From positions 59,348,820 through 59,412,819 of the forward strand of contig NC_068994.1 in NCBI RefSeq assembly GCF_001194135.2: a stretch of DNA of 64,000 nt, given 5' to 3'. A program made the position numbers and the translations under genes. This DNA is from Octopus bimaculoides (taxonomy: Eukaryota). The notes under the pieces were generated by a model. That model searched no databases. It saw only the letters and a list, made by a program, of their open reading frames with translations, and was not told the DNA's origin. Below, piece by piece: positions 52,626 through 64,000 of the stretch. The stretch's first letter is position 1, and each line of letters begins with the position of its first letter.

Positions 52626-53659
52626 TGCAACATATTACATGTGATCGATGCTCATCACGTCAAGCGAAGCAATACAAATGACACTTGGGAAACTGTCTAG
52701 AGTTGTGGAGGCTGCAGTGGGAGGAGCCTTTAATAGTGTATGAGACAGAGACACTCATTTACAACCATCACATGATGTCAAGACAATGGTCCACATGATG
52801 GGCTCCTTTCAGCTTTGGTCAACTCTAGTTGCAGACAACACTTGCCCAAGGGGCCACACAATGGGACTGAACCCAAAATCACATAGTTGGAAAGGAAGCT
52901 CTTTAATCATTCAGCCATACTGATATCATCATTTAACATCTTTCCATGCTGGCCTGTGTCAGGGTCCAAGTCATTTCTCAGCTATTGCCCCTAAAGACTA
53001 GGTCTTCATAGGGACCGTTTAGCTTGGTCTCCATGGTTGAATGCCCTTCCTTTTGCCAACTAATTAATAGTGCACCAGGAATATTTTCTTGTGGCACCAA
53101 TGCTAAAAAAGGTTGAGTAAAAGGGACCACAGAATGCTACACGTTCTCTCCCCATTTTCTAACCACTTGACAATGTGTGTACTGGATGCATTTTTGTGGC
53201 AGCAGCACATTGTCTCACCCCCACCCCCTGATGGGGTCTAAAAGATGTAAAGTAGCAAGAAGTGTATGAGCCCTAAACGTTAAGTTTGTGTCAGTGGGGA
53301 TTTTATTGCAGATGTTCAAACACTTCTGCAACACTACCAATCATTAGAGTTCACTGTCATCTCTTCTTCCATAAGATGCAACATCATCAGGTCAGCCTCC
53401 ACCACTTTATCCCAAGTCTTCCTCAATCTCCCTCTTTCATACATTCCACTAACTTGAAGTGCTCAGCACTTCTTTATACGGAAATCACCCTCCGTTCATA
53501 TTGTCCACACCTGTGCAACCTTTTCTCAGTTCATTTGTACTTGAGCATTCACACACGTTTATCAGAGATGCTGTTTTCATTTCTTTCTAGTCTTCACAAG
53601 TCTTCCATATTCACACAGTATTACAGTTCAAACACAAGTGACATACAATCTGCCTTTTA

Positions 53660-53830
53660 CTGATGGAAAACACCCATTACCATCACAGTTAAAAGCTCTC
53701 CGAACTTTTCCCCAGCCTATTCCTACCTTAGCTATTATACTTTCTGAACACCTGCTTCCTCTGATAATTATTACCTCAGTAACAAAGGTTATCAATTAAT
53801 TCTAATGGGATAACCAAGCATATAATTAAT
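53660..53830 (-). mobile_element. RTE-clade LINE reverse-transcriptase C-terminal fragment
   Basis: Minus strand reads LELIDNLCY*G.../GSRCSESIIAKVGIGWEKFGELL, resembling the RTE motif F.YLG...C...I.ARI..GW.KF.EL. Confidence 0.6.
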
Positions 53831-53882
53831 TCTAATGGGATAACCAAGCATATAAGAGAGTCTTTGTCCAGTCTGCTCTTAA

Positions 53883-55795
53883 CCCTTACAGTGCAAGTAA
53901 GCTCAATTCTGTGCATGTTAACTTGATACACAGGAACCAAGTTATCTCAGTTTTGATGAGGTACTTTCTGGAATTCTCCACATTTCAGATGATGTAGTAC
54001 ACATCATCTGAAATTTATACTGGCCAATAGAAAGTGGTTGTGAGAACTGATTTGCATATGATTAACATGTTACATCACCAACTTAGAACAAGAGCAACAC
54101 TTCACCATTTTTCAGCAGTTTGGCAGAAACTAAATTCTTTGATTTGGACTTTAGTATTTTTGATTCTCACATCAAATTTGAGGAGTTTGATCCTTAAAAC
54201 ATGATTTCATTAGATGCTGGAGCATTTATACAGATTAATGTCAAACAGCTATTGACAGGTGGGAGTTTTCCCAGAGACTTGCAGCTGAACTGGCCCCTCA
54301 CTGCCAATACAAATGCATCATCACTTGACTACTTCATTCTTTATGTGAAAGGCACAGAATATGAACTGACCCCAGCAGAGACCAATCAATACCTCAGTCA
54401 ATACAGTTGGTCAAAATAATCAAAAGTCCATAACTTCATATTGTGACACTTGTAGAAATGGGGTGAAGAAATTAGCTTGACAATGTTGATGTGGGAGGTT
54501 GATGGACAAGCCAGTGCTCAATGCATACTGCTCCATGGACAAACCCAAGCCTACACCAGAATTTGGAGAACACATGTCCAGGAATAGATACAGGAAGTTG
54601 TTGCCATTTCTGCACCTGACTGACAATATGGCAGCCTCAGAAAGAAAGGACTTCAATTATGACCCAAGCTACAAAATGAGACCAACCTATAAACCAATCA
54701 TCACATACCAGTTATGTGATATTTACGACCCTGGAAAAAAAAAACCCCAAAAAAACCTGTGCACTGATGAAGGTATGATACACTGGAAAGGGTGCTTGAA
54801 ATTCAGAACAAATATCTCGCAAAAAAGCCAGACAAATTTCAAATCAAACTCTCTGTTGTGTGGAAGTCAGTTGGACTATACATGTGATTTCCATGTGATT
54901 TCAGGTTCTGACTACAACCCTCAGCCTGATGGTAAGGAACATGAGGCACAGCTTCACTGCTGTCATAGGGCTGTTGAGAAAAACTAATGTGCGCCACAAG
55001 AACATTGTGCTTTTGTAGATAACTGCAACACATTCCCTGTTCTTTTTGATGAACTTTGTATTACTAACCTTTTTATGTCACTGAAACATTTTGTCTTCAT
55101 TGCTGAGAGGTCCTTGTCTTGCAAATCGAAATGACGGAAGGTGAAGTGGAAACCTACTGGCAATAAAATGGTCTGACAAGTGTGATGACAATGCCAATTA
55201 CAAATGAAGTTGACCATTTGGGAATACCAGTCATTAACAAACATCTTTCACAACATGGTGGGTTGTTGATCACAGACCAGATGTGAAAATATTTACACCT
55301 TTTTACTAGAAAAACTATGAAATGGTGGCTGAAGCTTTTCTTTCACTTGATAAACTTATTAGCAGTGACAATTGTTTACATTGTCTACAAGAAAACCCCA
55401 TTGCACAGAGGAATCCAGTCACATCAACAGTTTGGAAAGGAGCTGCCCATCACTTGGTCAGAAGTTTCGTTGAGCCTTCACCTAAATGAGGACACTCCAC
55501 TGACCCTGAACACAGACTTGGTGAAGACCATTTCCAATCACTCATCCATGCCAAACGGGGTGCCATGGCACAGAACCCAACAAAAGAAATGCACTCTGTG
55601 CAGTCATAACCCTGGGAAAACATACACTCAGTGCTTTCTGCAAACATGTAGGAACAAGACAGTGGTGCTCAGTGTGTGAAAAGCGCATTGTGTGTGGTTT
55701 CCTGCTTTGAAAGACACCCCCGCACTTCACACACACAGGTTCATTAGCAGGAGAGATGGTCGTTCAGAAAGTAGAGTAACCAGAGTATGAAAGGG
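53883..55795 (+). mobile_element. Decayed piggyBac (PGBD4-like) DNA transposon with both ends
   Basis: TTAA|CCCTT...AAGGG|TTAA (TTAA at 53879-53882 and 55796-55799). The frameshifted transposase has PEFGEHMSRNRYRKLLPFLHL, YKMRP, CTDEGMIHWKG, FVDN, KTMKWWLKLFFHL and a C-terminal KKCTLCS...CSVC Cys-rich region. Confidence 0.85.
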
Positions 55796-55804
55796 TTAAA
55801 AAAG

Positions 55805-56130
55805 CGTGCAGGAGTACATTACTACCCCTGCAGAAAACAAAGGTCTTCTCCTTCAAACTGAAGGGTAGATTGTATGCTGCAGCATGATAATGAGGTGTGG
55901 CCTTAAGTGTAAAGATTAGTTAAGATTAGTGTGCTGCAATGTAGGAGAGAGAAGGCTGTACTAGTGTTGGCATGTGATACATACAGAGAACAACAGCTAC
56001 AGTAGAGTAGAGACTACTCCAAGTTAGCAGATTTTGGTGTGGGCCCCCTTGAAACAAAGTGAAGACTGATCTGAAGATAATGCAACTCATGGAAGAATTG
56101 ACAAACAACTGGACTGGCAATAGGCAGAAC
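55805..56130 (+). mobile_element. RTE-clade LINE 3' fragment
   Basis: Reads LLPLQKTKVFSFKLKGRLYAA, then ERRLY*CWHVIHTE and DLKIMQLMEELT, matching RTE post-RT motifs (LLPLL..KG.SL..KGRLY; ERRLRWYGHV). Confidence 0.6.
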
Positions 56131-58218
56131 TATGACGATCTGACCACTTACAGTAAAACATTAGCCTGACACAAAAGTAGTGTTTAGAAGCGGAGATATT
56201 TTGTACTTTGGCAAGCCTACTTTTGCTACCTCTTCACCTTGACCTCCCCCCCCCCATCTGTTTCTCACCCTGTTCCTTATCACTCTCTTCACCATCTGTG
56301 CTGACCACATCCCCCCATCCTCAATTATGTCTACACATAAAGGGCTGCATTAGACCACCCTTGTCCACCCAATGCACTAACCAGCCAGCACACTTCCTCT
56401 CTCCTTTGGGCCACCTCTACTGCCACCCTTACCTTTCTTCACACCCATTCTAATCTTGACGTCATCACTTCCTCTTCTCTTCCCTTCTTTGCTCACCTGA
56501 ACAAATTTACATTCTCAGTTATATTGTACTCTCTACACTCACGCACTTAACTATTTGTGGCATTTCTGATGTCATCGCTTCCTCTCCTCTTTGTCTCCTC
56601 AATCTTAGGTTACAAAGTTCCCTCTAGGGCACCCCCTTCCCATGCTGAAGCTAACACAGAACCTGCCACACTCCCTCTTTAGACGAATGGTGATCAAGAC
56701 AACCTCTCCGATGCTGCTACAAGAAAAAAATGGGCTCAATACATTCTGTGGAGTCAGCAAAGTGTATGGATGTGACACCCCTTCAAACTCTAGTATTGGT
56801 GACACAAGGAAATTCATCCAGGTCACTTTGTGAAGTGGTTGGCAATAGGAAGGGCATCCAACCATAGAAACATAACCAAATGATGCCTAAGAACACCAGT
56901 TTATTGGACCAGTGACTCCAAATAAGAAACAACTTGAACTGTGATGACTCATTTAAACTATGATAGCATGGAAAGCAGATTTAAAATGAGGCTGATGAAA
57001 TATGTACATATTCTTGCTTGTACACACAGATATACATATGTACATATATACACACACATATACATATTATTTATATATTTATGTGAAAGCACATGGCTAG
57101 GTGGTTAGGGTATTTGGCTCATGGTCATAAAGGTTGTGAGTTCGATTCCTGGCAGCACATTGTGTCCTTGAGCAAGACACTTTATTTCACATTGCTCCAG
57201 TCCACTCAGCTGGTAAACATAATTTGTACCTATAGCTCGAAAGGGCTGGCCATGTCACATTCTGTGTCACGCAGAATCTCCCTGAGAAATACCATTAGGG
57301 GTACACGTGTCTGTGGAGTTCTCAGCCACTTGTAACCAACAAAATGCCAGTTATATATTTATGTGTATACACCTTACTCACCACACACACAAGACTACAG
57401 ATTGTTAAAGCCAAGGTTTGTAAATCAATCACATTAGTCAAATTTTAATATTAAAAATAAATTCTTCCTTTATTCCTGTTGAGAGAAAAATCAATTCATG
57501 CAAATCCAAAGAAACCAATGAAATATGTTCAGGAATATTTTACTAAAAAATATGTTGTCATAAAACAATTCATATTGTTGTGCAATCCCAAATGATGCTG
57601 CAATTTATAAGATGAAGGATCATCTAACCATAATAATTTAATCCCCAAAAGCTCAAAGTATATAGAAGAACATACAACATTTCAGATCATGCCTTCTCAA
57701 ATAAACATTCAACCATCCTATACACTTTTCTCTAAACGGTTTTTAAATTGTTTTCACTGTCAGAGATCAGTTTTTCCTAACAAGTTTTTCAAAAATAATA
57801 ATTATAAGAGTTTCGTTTTCGTATTTGGTTTGCCAGATTCTCAATGTGAATTTGTGTGTTGAAACAAATTTTCTTGTTATTGGCGTAATGACCTACACAA
57901 GACAACAAAGATTACAATAATTTCAACTTTTGGCACAAAGCCAGCAATTAGAGCGAGTTGGTCGATATAGGCCACAACAAAAGAATAAAAGATAAAGATT
58001 TGTTCTCAGCAAGATTCGATCTTAGCAACATTTGAATTTCGAAGCCAGAAAAACAAAATGCTATTAACAATTTTATCCGAACGCACAAGCGATTTTGCCA
58101 GCTCACCACATTAGTAGTCAATATAAACATTCCAACTATAAGCCTGAATTTTTTAAGGGAAGGGGGGAAGGGTGTTAGCCGATTATATCGGCCCTAGTTT
58201 ACAACTGGTACTAATTTC

Positions 58219-58342
58219 GGCACTGTCATGCTATTAGCTGTCAGAAGTGAAAGTGCTCACTGCTAGTGAAGTATCTGTCTGTCTGCCTGTCGATTCTTTG
58301 GCTACTGACAGCTAATACCGTGACTGGCCGGAGCGAGCTATA

Positions 58343-58375
<33 letters not shown>

Positions 58376-58815
58376 ATCTATTACTCGAAAGTTCGCGCGT
58401 CCGCGCTAGCTAGTCGTGAGTGGTCGATCCTATTATTTTTAAACTTCAAACTTCATTTGTTTTCTATTTTGATAAATTCTCTCTGTTGAAAATTATATTT
58501 TTATATTTTAAATAATTTGCAATTTCAGGAAATATGTTTTTATATTAAATTTGTGTTTTCTAATAAGGTGGACGAGTGATTGATAGATAGTAGATAGATA
58601 TCAGTAAGTAAGTAAGTAAGTAAGCCAAAATACCAACTCAAACCAGCAGGCAGACAGACAGACGGATATAGGTGTCAAATTTGTTCCAATAACTTTCGAG
58701 TAATAGATAGTCATGGTATTAGCTGTCAGTAGCCAAAGAATCGACAGGCAGACAGACAGATACTTCACTAGCAGTGAGCACTTTCACTTCTGACAGCTAA
58801 TAGCATGATAGTGCC
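58219..58815. mobile_element. 597-bp Merlin-like non-autonomous DNA transposon inserted in a family-B SINE
   Basis: 107-bp TIRs (58219-58325 and 58709-58815) with 2 mismatches, starting GGCAC; 8-bp TSD ctaatttc/ctagtttc. The SINE text resumes across the insertion (ggtactaatttc | atcaactccgaaagg). Confidence 0.85.
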
Positions 58816-61800
58816 CTAGTTTCATCAACTCCGAAAGGATGGAAAGGCAAAATCGACCTCAACGGAATTTGAACTCAGAATGTAACGACGGACGAAATGC
58901 CGCTAAGCATTTTAGTCTGGCGTGCTAACGAGCCTGCCAGCAGACCACTTTTTTGAGTAATTAATATAATGGATGTAGCAATAGTACAAATGATTTCACT
59001 TTCTATAATTAATGAAAGCAATCTCATTAGTGGACATGATAAAAAAAAAAAGAAAAGCATGAAGTGAAAACCCAACAATATGATTTTAAAATATGTAGTT
59101 AGCGACAGGTTTACCACATGATAATACTGACTCACATGTTTAGACAAAATATGATGACACCATGCCGCTGGTTGATCCGAAATTTTTCATAATATACCCA
59201 GGAGGACTCAGTATTATTGGTGCTATATTACACTGAGAGGATTCACGAAACGACTACAATTGTTTAATTATTTCATGGAAATGGAAACCGAAGTCGGTGG
59301 CCAGATTATCATCTCATCGGCATCAAAATGGTTAATCCGGATGCCACGGTATTACAGGACACACCACGTTACTATTATTGTTAGTCTTGGAAGACATTCA
59401 AATTTAGATATTTTGTTTTAGATTCTGAATCTCCGATGTTCAAAACATAGCATATAAAAAAAAAATCAGAAGTCTTCTTTATATAAGTAGACATAGATAG
59501 AGATAATTAGGTATATATTGAGAGATGGCGAGAAAGAAAGAGAAAGTACAGAGAGAGAGAGAGAGAGAGATAGAAGGGACAGAAAGAAAGATAGACTGAC
59601 AGAGATAGACAGGTAGACAGACAGACAAACTAGAGAAATATGTAGAATTCAAACCTCTGCAAGACATTCCAACCATGACAATTCATTTAACCCACCCACC
59701 CCATTCTGATCGAATTGTTTTTTCTTTAGACAGTAGTGTGTAATCTGAGAGATTTGACTCCTATTGCTAGCATGTCGAGGGACCACATGGAGGACTGCCA
59801 CCCGTCCCTACAATGGAGTGGTAGGGCTGGGAAAGAAGTGGTCAAGCTGACCTTGAACGTCAGCCGTTAAAGAAACTGGCGGCTGATGTTACAGGTGAAG
59901 CAAAGAACGTCCATTCGCATCAGCAGAGAGAATAGTGTTATCAGCTGAAGAATGGGGAAAGAAAGAGAAACATCTTTTAAGTGTAACTATTGTCATAAAT
60001 TCTCTGCGATTACCATTCCTACAGGCGTTGCCACTTAAAACTGTTCCAAGTAGATGACAACATTTGATAGGTTTTCCCTATCCAGAGCCCAGCTGAGACT
60101 TCACAACAGAAACCCAGTTTAAATATTACAACAGCTGATCTTTACGAGTAGTGAAAACAAAGCGTCAAATAACGATTAATATGCTTCCGTTACACGGTAG
60201 ACATCTATCAATCATCAACGGATATTGATGACGAAACGTCATATCGATCAGCATTGACATTTGTGAGATGAAGGATTTCTACAAATATTTAGAAATTAGC
60301 GATTCCGAAAACTTGAAACCAATTCTCTCGGTTTACAGACGAAAATACTTTTAACGATGTTGGAAAAACACATCATGTGTCTATATATACTTTAAATAAA
60401 ATAAAAACTTTTTTTTGTAAACTTTACAACACACAGACACACACACTAACATGGCCAAGATGGTCATAGACCGATGCTACACCAAAAACATTTTTAAAAA
60501 AATATTTTTAAAGTCCGATTCTTTAAATAGAAATTAACAAAATTCTGAGAAGTGACTAGTCCGGATTCGTTCACTATGTCCGGTGTACGTAAAACCATTG
60601 GTCACTATGACCAAACATAAACTCAACTACTTATAAATATGTATATTACACCCACACACATAAGGCTTTCCTATTTTGCCTCAATGAATGAATAAACCTA
60701 TAGAAAAATTCCGATCTAATTTCAGGATAATTGATCATCATAATCCAACAAAAACGAAATCCTTTTTCAAACAATAATTTGTTGCTTTGTCCAAGTTAAT
60801 AAATTAACAAATTCATTAACACTCCGGCTTAAAGTAATAATTAATGAGGTTTCAAGGTTGTTAGGGCTCTTATTTCTAAATCTACAATTAGATCAAATCA
60901 CTTTTACACACACACGCATATTTAATTATTTGTAAAATAAATTATGGTAGAGATGAATGAAACGTGTTTAAATGAGATGAGAGAGAGAGAGAGGGAGAAA
61001 AGTTATATGCGAGTTATATGACAGAAATCGATAAATCAAGCGAGAAATTTTAGATTAAATAGGTGAGCTTCTCTGGTTTGTCTGACAGGTAGAGGTTAGG
61101 AGGGAAACTAGGATTTCATTTCTTTTAAGTTTTCAATAGATATATTAAACAGTTTAAGAGAAGGCTCCATTGCATTAAACAATAATAAACTTGGTTTTAC
61201 ACTTCAATATAGTCTAGCCACGTAATATATTAATTATACGCGCTTTAATTAGTTTAATTATAAAAGCCTCATTATACACTGAACATAATTTTATACACAC
61301 ACATTCAATATTAGATCTACTTTTAAACACGTGTGATTACTGTGGAAAATGTTCCCAGGGATGTTTTCTGCGTGAACAAAATATAGTAAAGTGCTAGCTT
61401 ATACATTTAATATAATGAGCCAAAAGGAATATTTAATCAATTGAAATTGCATCAGAAATGAGAAGAAAAAAAAATAGTGTTAACAATGACGTTTTTCTAT
61501 TTCTTTTTTGTGAAAGAACAACAAACTAAATAATTATATATATTAGAGTTAAGAAGTAGAAATAATAATTTAGTTACAGATGATTCATCGACTGATCGGG
61601 GGGAGGAACATCCTCTGGAGGTGGCAGGTTGATGCATGGTCCACCGAATGAATCAATTTGGCGCTTCGATTCGTTGCTGTCCACTCTTTCACTTTATATT
61701 AACTTTCTTTTTAATTTTCTGGAATCCAATAATAGTAAAATAATGTTAACAATAATTTTAAAGTAATTCTAATAAAAGCAAAACATAATGAATATACATA

Positions 61801-61939
61801 AAACAATTTGTTTACTATTTGCATATTATTCATTAATAACAATAATACCCACCTTGTTTAAGATAATATGGTATTCAGTTCATTTCTACAGAATTTCATC
61901 CAAGTGTTTGTGAGCAGGGTTTAGTTTTCAGGAAGATCC

Positions 61940-62100
61940 GGGACTGAAAGATGAAAGCCCACACCGCTACCGCCACCAGCAGCAGTTCGGTGTGTGTGTG
62001 TGTGTCTTGGCGACATGTTCTTAACCAATAAAGACGCAGGTGGGGCAGCTTTCAGCCAATCAGAGCACAGCTTCAACGGCTAGCCGCTTATAAATTATAC
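61940..62100. promoter_or_regulatory. Putative promoter: tandem CCAAT boxes, Inr-like and TATA-like motifs
   Basis: CCAAT at 62025-62029 and AGCCAATCAG (CCAAT 62056-62060), 31 bp apart; minus-strand TCAGT Inr-like at 61947-61943; plus-strand TATAAAT near 62089-62095; locally GC/CpG-rich. Confidence 0.5.
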
Positions 62101-63719
62101 ATGCATGGCTAAGAGGAAAAAAGGGAGAACTACCAACACTAAGTGGGGTTTTTTTTTATCAATGACGATCGCTGAGTTTTAATATTTACACAGGACGAAG
62201 TGAAGGTAGAAAAAACATCTTGGGTCACCTAAATGTAGACACAACAAGCATCTTTAATAGACATTTTGTCAGTATTGAAATAAGTTCGGTTCAGATGGGT
62301 GCTATGTAAATGAGGAAGTATTTTCACATTAAAATAAAAATAGTTAAAATTACATTTTTTCCCCTTTTCTTTCTTTCATTTGCCGCACACCCAATTAGCC
62401 CCACAATCAAATCTCTTTGTGTTATGTCCATGTTGTTGCGTGTGTCTGTGTTTAGGCAATAACAATGTTCTCACAAATATTTATTGTTCGTGTAAATTGA
62501 AGTTCGAACCAGCTTAGAAAAATATACTTGTTTATAAAGTTACTTTGATGATAATGAGTGGTGAATTGATCCTTAAAAAAATACGACGTAATAAATGGAG
62601 AGCAAAAAATAAATATATAAAATAGGAAAAAACACTATGGAAAGTAGTAGACCATAGAGAAATACAATTGGAATAATTCTTTGAACGTATTAATTGCTTG
62701 CGTGGCAGACGGAGGGAAGTGCTTCAAGGCAGTGTAGTAGCCTTTGTAAAACGAAGGTGATGAGGTACGGCGGGCTTTTTTTTTTTTTTTTTTTTTCAAT
62801 ATTTTCTCTGTTAAGGTATTTATTAGTTCTACAATTGAATATATTTCCTTTTATTTTTTTTTTATTTCTCCGGAAACCCTATTGTATCTGGTATTTTTTT
62901 TTTGCACAACTTCAATTCAAAGTTCAAAGTAAAAAAAAAAAATTGACCTCGTCGACAAACCTTTTTTTTTTTAATGACTAATATCAAAAGAGAAACACTC
63001 CTTTATATTCAAGTGCAATGATAAATATTCGTTATAAGGACAGACAGCTGTACAAGTGCGTACGTGCAATAATTTATTTGGAAACACGAAAGGTGAAGTT
63101 GATATATAATCGATAAGAATGTCACAATTTCCGATTATATTTTAATTCTCATTTTTTACGATTCGTGATTATTTATGTGTGTGTAAAATGATATATTTAT
63201 GATATATATCGTAGGCAATATATATATCATACTGTTTATCTTTAGACTGCGGCCATGCTGGGGCACCACCTTGAAGAATTTTTAGTCGAATGAATTGACA
63301 ACGATATTTTTTTTAAACCTGATATTTATTCTGTCGGTTGCCTTTGCCGAACTGCTACGTTACAGAAACGTAACACACGCACACACACGAAGGGCAGCTT
63401 TCAGTTTCCGTCTAATCTACTTACATAGCTTTGGTTGGCCCTCGACTATAGTAGAACACATTAGCTCAAAGTGCTACTCAGTGGGACTGAACCCGGAACC
63501 ATGTGGTTGGGAAGCTAACTTCTTACCACACAGCCACGCCTGACCTGTATGTTCTATATTTATATTAAGCATACCTACTCAAGTGTATCCCGCGTTCGAC
63601 TTTGTTTCCTCATAACTTTCATAAAATGGATATTTTTTTAATGAAATTTTCTCCAAATGCCTTTCAGGTGGGGTACATTACGACTGTCTCGGAATATCAA
63701 TACTCTTTTACTTGTTTCA

Positions 63720-64000
63720 GTCATTTGACTGCGTCCATGCTGGAGCACCGCCTTTAGTCGAGCAAATCGACCCCGGGACTTATTCTTTGTAAGCCTAGTA
63801 CTTATTCTATCGGTGTCTTTTGCCGAACCGCTAAGTTACGGGGACGTAAACACACCAGCATCGGTTATCAAGCGATGTTGGGGGGACAAACACAGACACA
63901 AACATATACACACACATACATATATATATACATACATATATACGACGGGCTTCTTTCAGTTTCCGTCTACCAAATCCACTCACAAGGCTTTGGTCGGCCC
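63720..64000 (-). mobile_element. Long family-C SINE variant; near-identical segment at ~35480-35640
   Basis: cctttagtcgagcaaatcgacc...gacttattctttgtaagcctagtact...gccgaac.gctaagttacggggacgtaaacacaccagcatcggtt.tcaagcgatgttggg. Confidence 0.8.

Noticed and set aside
57095-57160. tRNA-like A/B boxes (also in families B and C)
   Set aside because: SINE heads that continue into shared SINE bodies; no complete cloverleaf, so no tRNA gene is called.

Overview
AT-rich eukaryotic genomic DNA with four N gaps. The repeat families and microsatellite load suggest an octopus or other coleoid cephalopod; this is an inference, not a database match. The main feature is a single-domain (~50 kDa) hexokinase gene on the minus strand. 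I reconstructed ten coding exons by hand between 23526 and 8389 (1362 nt, 453 aa plus stop, all GT-AG introns, phases consistent). Exon 1 is not proven; the best candidate is a 63-nt, phase-0 exon at 47748-47686, with other promoter or first-exon candidates near 34-35 kb and 61.6-62.1 kb. The rest is intronic or intergenic: several SINE families, fragments of RTE and R4/Dong-type LINEs, a decayed piggyBac with both ends and TTAA target sites, two Merlin-like MITEs with 8-bp target-site duplications, and a Penelope-type minimal hammerhead relic. I see no clearly new multi-gene system. The best leads are regulatory or structural: alternative promoters, a sharp CpG-depletion map, alternating inverted SINEs around two hexokinase exons, the MITEs and the hammerhead relic.
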